Shown in pieces: positions 1-9,400 of a stretch of DNA of 20,000 bases (the first letter of the stretch is position 1; every line of letters starts with the position of its first letter). Under the pieces are notes generated by a model. That model was not told the DNA's origin, ran no database searches, and saw only the letters and a list, made by a program, of their open reading frames with translations. Source of the stretch: an uncultured virus (IMG/VR IMGVR_UViG_3300028832_000009) (lineage: Duplodnaviria > Heunggongvirae > Uroviricota > Caudoviricetes); the IMG/VR virus record IMGVR_UViG_3300028832_000009. One strand, 5' to 3'. Made by a program: the position numbers and the translations under genes.

Positions 1-480
1 GAACTCTTCGTTACTGCCGGCCTCGGCCATCATCTCATACCAATCCGTAGTACCATAGTCGGTATAGGCATTGCCATCTCCGGTACTGTGCTGGAAGAGC
101 TGATTGTACTTTATGAGCCTCCAGATGCCGTCCAGCTGGTTGACTATGTCGAGCATCTCCTCGGATATGAGGTGCTCGTACCCATATTCCACGCAGCCTT
201 TCGCATAGGCGGTCACAGTATGGATTACTTCGTGAAGGAACGTGTCCGCTTTCATCTGGTCGGTAATCCAATCGGAGTTCATGTACTTCCAGTTGTAAGT
301 CAGCTCCTGTCCCGCAGTATGTCCCCCGACATTGTTAGGGGTTTTCTCGTTGAAAATGGTGGTAAGACCGAGTTTCTTGACAAGAGGGAACACCTTCTTC
401 GCTATCTCGGCATTGCCCTTGTCCTTGTTCAGCTTGTTGAAGTTCTCTTCGACGACATCGAACGGGACTTCGCCTGCCTC
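1..480 (-). other. Zincin-type metallopeptidase domain within the giant protein
   Basis: FLHEVIHTVT with HEXXH at 234-220, followed by DYGTTDWYEMMAEAGSNEEF (60-1). This matches the YG...E..AE..SN..F pattern of metallopeptidase domains in polyvalent proteins. Confidence 0.8.
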
Positions 481-3400
481 AAAGTGCAAGAGGTTTCCGT
501 GAACCCCTCGCACCGCGAGTTCCTCCTTCTCGGCCTCGCGCTTTGCATACAGGGAGTCCCTGCGCTCCTTGCTTGTCGCCTGGGCGATTTCCTCATCTTT
601 TATGAGGACATCCCAGGCCATCCTTATGGAGTCATTCTTCGCGGCTTTCTTGCGCAGGTATGCCTGACGGGCCTGGACAAAATCGCGGATCTGCTTCTTG
701 AGGTCCTCGTTGTTCACGTCCATCTTGTACTGGTCAAGCATCTGCTTGAGCTGGCGCTCTATATCCCATTGGTCAAGGTTATTTCCATACTTGTCGTGGA
801 ACTCTTTCAGAACCTCCTCGTATGGCTTGTCGGTATAGACTATGGCGTCCACCCTTTCCGTGCTGTCAGGCATGATGAAGAGCGTCTCCTTGGTGAATCC
901 GTAGTTGCGGTAGAGGTGGTCGAGTACGGCCTCGACATTCTCTTCCGTCACGGTAGCCCTTATCGTATCCTTTGTCCAGGCGATGAAGGTATTGTCCACC
1001 AACAGGGGCTTCAGGTCCTCGTCGAGCATGAGAGGGTTCTTGGCGAGATTCTCCCTGCTCCTCAAGGGGCGCAGATATTGCACTACCATCACGTCTCCAT
1101 CACGGCGGACCTCTATGTTCGTCTTGTCATCATAGATGCCGTTGTATCCGTTCCACACATCATCCTTGGTGACTGCGCTGCGTATCTTGAAGTTCTCCGG
1201 GTCGAAGTCCTCGGCGAGCAACATACCCCTGTCCACGGTCACCTCCCCGGTATCCGTGTCTTTACGGGTGAAGGTGGTGATGGTGCCCTTGTACTCTCCG
1301 AGCTTTCCGCAAGCCTGGAGGATGTTCCCGGTAATCATATACCGGATCTGCCTCGTCGTCTGCTTGGGGACCTTCTTGTCCCACCACTCATCCCTTGCCG
1401 TGCGGCGGGTTTCATCGGTGATGTTCTTGTCGTATGTCGGACCGCCTATCTCCCTCAAGTCAGAGCCGAGGCCGATGGTTCCATAGACATTGTTCACTAT
1501 CCAAGTGATGATGTCATATTTTGAGACCACGGGAATCTCGATGACGGCGCGGGCGTCGGTCACGGCGAATACCGCCCTGACACTCTTCGGCTTGCCATCC
1601 TTCGCGGTCTTGAAAGCGATGAAACGGCCATAGCGCTTCTGCCCGTTGAGGTCATCGGTAAGGGGAACGAGAACCGGCATACCGGGCTTGAGGTACTCTC
1701 CAGCCCTCTCGACACGGCCCACCTGCGTTGACAAGTCCATATCAAGACGGTTGTACTCGTCCATATTCGTACTAACGAGCTCCCTGTAGCTGGGATCGTT
1801 CCTGATGGCCCTGTCGTAATCTTCTTCGGTCTGGTCATCGGTCTTGGGCGTGGCAACTTTAAGGGCCTCCACCAATTGCTCCTGAGCCTCGAAGTTCTTC
1901 TTCTCCTTGTCGCGCAACACTTCATCCCGGTATTTGGAAGATGCCTCATATATGTTGGTGCCATAGAGAGGGTCAATCTTCCCATCTTCCGTGAGCGCAC
2001 CGAGTTTCCTCATCCTTGCGTAGATTTCGGGGGAGCGGAGGGGCTTCTTGAGCACATCCACCTCAACCCTTTCCATATTGGTATCGTGGGCGAACACCGA
2101 CATTGACTCGTTGTCCTTGCCCTTGATGAATATGGCCTGGTCCACGGTGGTCGCGTTGAGGTTCATCGTGGTGGTGGCGAGGTCGTTGATGCCGTTCTGG
2201 TTGAGGTAGTCTATCTGCTCGACATACGCGCTCTCCAGCTCCGTGAGGATCAGCTCCTGCCTCTTGCAAGACATTCGCTGCGCCCCCTTGAGCAACTCAT
2301 AGAGCAAGCCGTCGCGATGCTCATACTCACCACTCTTCTTCTCGATGGGGTCATCGAGATTCTGGTTGACTTCGGGGTGGTCGATAAGGAACTGACGGGC
2401 TACCTCATCGCCGTACTTGTTGTCCATATCGTTCGCATCCACCTTGTTGGACGACACCTTCTCCGTACCGACGGCATTGGCATCCAGGGATGCGAGTTTC
2501 TGCTTGAGCATCATTATTATCTTCTTCTCCGCAGGGATAGGGCTCATAATGTAGAAGTATTCGCATCGTGCCACCTGTCCGGTACGGTCTCCGCGGCCTC
2601 GTATCTGAACTTCTACATTGACGTCCTTTGCCGGCTGGAGGATAATCATCGTCCTCTTGCGCTGGTCGCCGAAACGCCGGCTGGCGTGAAGGGATATACC
2701 CGTAGCACCCGCCGTGTTGAGGATGACGGCGTTATTAACCTCGCTCTCGTCGAGAGGGGCTGCTGCGCTGCCGCCGTTGAAATGGGTGATTTCCGAAGTC
2801 TTGTCTATCTTCATCGGCACCCGCTCCCAATTGCCGTCCGCTTTCTGCCTGAGCGACCAGCTGCGCCCGGTTATCTCGCCGCACCTGTAGCCGGCCTTCT
2901 CTATCTCCGACTTGATGTAGTCGATAGGGGAGAGCATCAGGGGCAGGACCTCCTTGTCCTGGCTGTAGTTCTGGATGCTCTGGCGTATGATATTGGAATA
3001 TCCGTTGCCCATTATCTTCTCGAATGAACCGAGTTCGGAAACGGAACTGTCCTCCTTGACGGTCTCTTCCGTATGCGTCTCCGGGTTAATCCACTTGACG
3101 GTGCTCTTGAGCCGGTACTTCAGGCTCTTCTCCAGACCGCGGTTGAGGATGAAGGCAAAGTCTGCGGAAGGCACTTCTCCCTCGATGTCCTTGATATAGC
3201 TTTCAAGAGTGTTGTCCACCGCAATGATGGGCTTCTTGCCCTCCTTGATCTGGTTGATGGCCATCTCCGCAGCCTTGCGGGCCTTTATCGCATAGAACAT
3301 AAGGCTCGCCACGTTCGATACCTGGCTGGCATAGGGGGTGTAGGTGTACTCGCGGATGGTTACTTTCGTTCCCTCGTTTGAGGTTTCAAGCCTCTTCCGC

Positions 3401-6400
3401 GCTGCCTTGTTGGCCTCCTCGAACTGCTCCTTGTTCATCTTCTTGATGACAGGGTCCATCATCTGCCTCTGCATCGAGATGATTGAGTTGACGATGTCCG
3501 TCGTCTTGTCGTAGGTATCCCTGGACTGCTTGATTTCCTCTTCGGTGAATACATCCTTGGGTTCATCCCAGTGTATCTTCACGTCCGAGAAGTCCCTCTC
3601 GCGACGCACCATCTCTCCGGTCCTGAACAGACCTTCGGCGAGGATTTCCTGCATGGGAACGCCGTACTTCTGGATGCTCTCGATCATATCCTCCTGCGTC
3701 ATCTGCGCATCTCGCAGGGATGAGCGGAGGGCATAGAGCACCATATTGTCCGGGCGCTTGGCGAAGGTCGCGGACATAAATGTCACGCCCTGCGCGTTCT
3801 GCACTATGTCGCGGAAATAACCTCCGCGCCGGGATTCGCCGCTGGCGTTGTGGGATTCGTCGCAGATGACTATGGCATCCTTCGCGTACTGCTTCACCCA
3901 GTCGAGTTTCTTCTTCGCGCTGGGAGAGGTGGACTGGGCCTGGCTGTAGGTCATCATCACGACATTGTACTGCTTGCCCTTGAATGCCCCGCTCCACTTG
4001 ACCTTCGGCAAGGCATCGGATTCGGAGCCATAGAGAGCGCTCGCTACGGATTTGCCCGGGGCTTTCAGTATGACGTTCCCCTCTTCCTCGCTCTTGCCCT
4101 TGTCAACGATGGGGACGTTGTTCACTACGAAAGGAACGTGGTCGGTGCTGCCGATATCCACGAGATCCTGATACATATCGCTGAACAGGTCGGGTTTCTC
4201 CGTGACGAAGAGAATCTTCTTCTTCTCCCTCAAAGCCCAGCGGATGATAGCCGCACCCTGGCGGCCCTTACCCACGCCGGTCATATCTCCGACGATGAAC
4301 ATACGCCCGCCCAGCATCTGATGGAGCGCGAGAGCGACGGAATCCACCTGCTCGGAGGAGAGACCAATGTCCTTTCCGTCACCGGTGAACATCTCGTCGA
4401 GGGACTTGTATCCCTCCAGCCCCCTTACGAAGTCAGCCGCACCCTCCTTCTCTTCCGTCTCCATACGGAGGATTGCGTTGCGCATGGCGTCCGCCGACCC
4501 CGAAGGGACCACACTGCCAATTGCGTGTTCGCCCGAAGGGTCGGATACGGATTCGTATGGTACTTTCTCCTGGGTGAGCCTCTCGGATTTGTCGGCGCTC
4601 TTGGAGAACAGGTCGCGCAACTTCTCAAGGACGGCCCTGAGCTGGCCGCTCATCCTGGCTTTGGAGAGATCGTGCTTGTCGGTGATTGCGGATATGCCGG
4701 CTTTCAGCTCGTCCTTGCGGGCCTTCAGCTTTTCAGCATCCGTCTCGTTCTGGATGGCTTTCTTTTCCTGCTCGTAGGCTTTCTGCTCGGCCTCGGTAGC
4801 AGCGGCTTCGGGGTCTATTGCATCTGTGCGTCCACCGGTGTCTCGTCCCACACCGACGGGTCCTTCGGATACCACTCCGGTGCCAGTATTTCCAGACCTT
4901 CCTCCTTTACCTGTCGGAGTCTTTCGTCCAGATCCTTCTCCGACATCGGTTCTTCCTCCGTGTCCTTCACGATTTCCTGAAGTTCCACTCGGTTCTCCGT
5001 CGTCCCAAAGAGTGCCCTGTTCGCCTCCAGCTCCTTCTTCGGCGTCACTTCCTTGATTCCCGCCCGGCGCTGCATTTCCTGAATTATCTCCGGCGTTATC
5101 CCCGTCGGTGCCAGGAGTTCCGGTCTCTCCTCCAGCTCCTTCTGAGGTATCACCAGGTACAGCTCCAGGTCGCTGCCCTCCCTGCTGTAAATCAGTAGTG
5201 TCTTCTTTTCCATTATCGTTGTCGTTTATGTTGATATCTGCTACTTCGATTCCGCTGACGGTCTCGGCGCTGTCCATCTCTTCCTTGAACTCTTCCATTC
5301 CGGGAAGGTCACGCGCTCCGTTGTAGATGGCCTTGAGGTAGGGGCGGATCGCGTCGCCGAGGTCGTTTATCATCCTCTTGGCGAAGTCAATGAACTTCCT
5401 TGCGCCAGCCTCTATGTGATAGGCGGCCATCTGCACGCCGATGGAGAATACCTCCGGGTCGAATCCCGCGTTGAGCTGTCCGAGTTTCTCGCGCATCCTG
5501 CGCTTCAGTTCCTCGTACTGGTCTTTCGTTACGACGGTGTTGGATTCTCCGTAACCGCCCTCCGTGGCGGGAGCCGCAGGCTCTGCAGGTTCCGTGGTCT
5601 CGGGGACCTCTTCGGTCGCCGCAGGCTCGGATTCCTCCGCACCGGCGGCTACTGCGCCTTCTTCTGCGCTTTCAGCTCCTTCAGCTGCCTGTCCGCTATC
5701 TCCTGCGTTTTCTGCAGGTGATTCGACTCCGCTTGCAGGACTTCCTTCGCCCACTTGTCCCCCTCGCTGGACATCTTCTCCAGCGACTGAGTCAGAGCCT
5801 CGTTCAGTGTTACCTTCTTGTCCATTTTGTATAGTGTTTGCTTCCTGTTCGGAAATTACATTGGTCTGCGTGTATGCGCCGATGCGGTCAACGGCCTCGG
5901 GGTTCTCCCCGAACAGCCCGCCCTCTCCGTTCATTGCGGCGGCTATGTTGCGGAAGAGGTCGGTCAGGGCCTTGGCTTTCTTCGCGCCCTTGAAGATGGC
6001 TGCGAAACGCCTTGCCACGATGTTCGGATGCAGGTCGCCCTCGGTCTTGTCGCTGCCGAGTGGGACATTGTTCATCCAGTCCTCGATCGCTTTCCACGCC
6101 TCTTCGGTGGTCTTGGCTTTCTGGAATGCCGGGTCCGCGGTCTCGAAGTCGTGGTAGTAGGACAGTGCTGCCTGGATGTCAGGTATCACTCCCTCAAGGT
6201 TCGACAGCAGCGCGACATTCCTTTGCAGCGCCAATTTAACAATATTCGGCAACTTTTCATAGCCTGCCCTCACTTTTTCTGTCCCACTTTGGAACAAAGG
6301 TTCAAGGCTCAGCTCGCGGAAAGCGGCCACTGACGCATCTGTAAAGCGGACTTCTCCGCTCCTTGTGGTCTCCAGAGCATTTTGCAGCTCGGTATCGTTT

Positions 6401-9400
6401 ATGTATCCGTTGCGGTTCAGCCAGTTGAGTGCGAGCTGGCCGTTCGCGTTGATGTAGTCCGAGAGCGTGGCATCCTCGCCGAGATCGCCCCCGTAGAGGA
6501 TATTCAGGAACTCTTCCAGCCTGTCGCCTATCTTCTTCGCGAGGCCCTTGCCGGAGAAGGTCTGGTCGCCGCCCGACTCAAGGTCTTTCTGCTCCCTCTT
6601 CCCGAGTTCCTCCGCGCGTGCGTCGTCCACCGAGAGGACGCGGACAAGGATAGGGCTGTCCATTCCCTCGACCTGCTCCTTGGTGAGACCGAAGTCCTCC
6701 GCGTGCTCCGCGAGCCACTGCTTGTATCCGGCTGCGGTGTCCTGGGCGTATGCCCTGCGCAGCGCCTCGCTGCGTCCGTTGCCCTGGATGACCTCTCCAC
6801 GGCTGTTCACGATAGGCGCACCGCCGTATGCGGTGGCACCCACGGTTATCTCTTCCGGACGGATGCCGTTCGCCATCTGCTGTATGGCCACGGCGCTGTC
6901 CGTGCGGTTGCGGTTCTTCGGCTGCCAGTTCTTCGCGAAGAAATGCAGGGGATTCTCCTGATCCGCCACGTGGGAAGGGATGATGCGCTTGGCATCCACC
7001 AACCCGTACTTGGCATCCACCACCTCGGTCTTGGTGAAAGATATCTTCGTGTCCGCACCGGTGGCCGCCACGGCATCCTCCGCTGCGCGGTCCACGCGGT
7101 TTCCGTTCTGTATGAAGTATCCGCGCTCCTGCGCTGCCTCCGGAGTGTCGTCGGAGATGTCGGGCACGTTCCCCTCCACAGGTGCCTCGGGAGCCTGGGG
7201 CTCTGCCGCTGCTGTCGCTGCCGGTCGTGCCTGCCCCCTCTCCGGGCGCATCGCAAGGATGAGCGCACCGTAATTCTCCTTCTTCTGCTTTTCCTCCGCG
7301 AGTTCCTTGTAGAGCTTGGGGGCTTTCGCAAGGTCGGAGTTCTTGTCTATCCTCTCCTGTATCTTCTTCACCGCCTCCCCTGTTGCGGTGTATGCTTTCT
7401 GCACTTCCTTCAGCGCGTATTCTCCCAGCACGGAGTTCATATAATCCACGAGTTCGGGAATCCTCTGCGCGAAGGTCTCCTTGTCCACGTTGAACATATT
7501 AGCCATGTCCACCTCTCCGTCCTTCGTCCTGGGGAGGACGCCCTGCTGCGCCTCTTCCGCCGGAGCCTGCGGCTGGGCCTCCTGCCCCTCCTGCTGTCCG
7601 CCCTGCGCACCCTGAAGGGCTGCAAGGAAAGCCTGCTCCGTCATCGAGCTGGCCCTGCCGTTGCCGTCCGCATCCTCGTACTCGAAGTACACGCGCCCGT
7701 CACCCACCTCCGTCACATACGCCTGTACCGGCGATTTATTGACAAGTAGTGACAATTCCGTACCGACATAATCCCCGAGGTCAGTCGTGGGCTGCTGCTC
7801 CGCAGGTGCGGGTGCTTCCGCAGGCTGAGGCTGTTCCTCCTGTGCGGGCTGCTCCGCTCTCTGGGGGGAGTAGATCTGGACGTTTCCGTCCTGGTCTTTC
7901 TGCGCCATGTCGTAGAGAGTCTCCGCGGACACGACATTCATACTGCCGCCCTTGCCCTCGTCCCTGACGGTCACTCCGCCACGTCCGTCGGTGTTCACTA
8001 TGGTCACGGGAGAGACACTGCCGGTCTCGTCCTGGATGAGTATGGTCTGGCCTGCGAGTCCGTTGATGACTGCCGCCTTCCCCGAGGGGCTGATGGTACC
8101 CACCGCCTGCTCGAAGGCTACCTGCCGCTGGTCCGCGAACGATGCGGCGGACTGCGCGATGAAGTTCTCCGGGTTCACCGAATCGCCGTTCCGCAGGGTG
8201 CCGGACTTCACTATGAGTTCGTCTGCGGAGGGAGACGCCGGAGCGATGCGCACGAGGCCGTCCGCACCGCCTGCCGACACGGAGCCGTCAGCATCCACCG
8301 ACGCATCGTCCGTGAGCACTATAACCGGAGTGCCCTCGTACTCGGCGACGATGACCGCGCCGTTCTTGAGGGAAGCATCCCACACCGTCCGGGAGAATCC
8401 GTCTATCATGTCCTCCGTCTCCTTGCGGTATCCGTCACGCAAGCCCTGGGCCGCAGCCTTGACCTGCGCGTATTCCGTAAGGACTTCCGCTGCCTCGGCG
8501 TTGCCCTGTCGTTCGATCACGGCAGCTTCCTGCGCGAGACGGAACGGATCTTTCTCAAGGTCATCCTCGTCCAGCCCCGCCTCAAGTGCGGCCTGCCTGG
8601 CGGCATCCTCCGCGGAGACGATGTCCCACGCGCTGCCGAGGTCGGGGAAGGAGTAGGTGCCGGAATAGGCATCCACCACCCTTCTCTTCTCCGAGGACTG
8701 GTCCCAGAGGTCGGATTCCATGTTCATCGAGAGGTTGCCCTCGACATAACCCAGCAGCGACTGCGCGAAGTTGTCCGGCAGCTTTCCTCCGGCTGCCTTC
8801 CTCGCCTTGTCCGCTATCTCCACGACGCGGTCCTTGATATGTTCGGGAGTGCTGTTGCGGATGTCGCCCACGAGGGAATCGAGGTCCTCCTGGGACACGG
8901 CTCCGCTCTCCACCATCGGCTTGAGGGTCTCCACCGCCTTGTCGTAGCGGTTGACCATTGCGTTATACGCCTTTATGTTCGTCCTTGCGCTGAGCGCCGA
9001 CATGGGCAGGAACGAGAGGAAGAGCGTCGCGAGGTTGTCCCCTGCGAAGAACTCCTTCATCGCCTCCTTGTCGCCGAGGCGGTCTCCGGAGAGCCAGCCT
9101 GCGGTGGAGTTGAACACCGACCCCACGACCTCTTCCAGCATTTCGTTGAACATACCGTTGAACTTGCCTTGGTCGAGGAACCTGCCTATGCTGCCCCGGT
9201 AGTCCGAGAGTGTCTTGCCTATGGCACTTGCGGGTGCGTTCTTCGTCACGGACTTGAACAGGGCTTTCTCCCCGGCTCCGAAATACTCGCCGAATCCCTC
9301 GGACCAGTATTCTATGTACTGCGTGAGCGCGGTGTTGAGGGCCGCGTTGGCACGGCTCCTGTCGAACTTCAGCCGCCCGTGTTCGTCCTTGTATTCCCCT

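Noticed and set aside
6528..7937. Other +1-frame minus-strand ORFs inside the giant gene (6528-6800, 6846-7331, 7437-7625, 7713-7937; also 1560-2000 and 4425-4628)
   Set aside because: Arg/Ser/Pro-rich shadow composition; codon bias stays in the host frame; no A-rich start context. They serve as negative controls for the two accepted nested ORFs.
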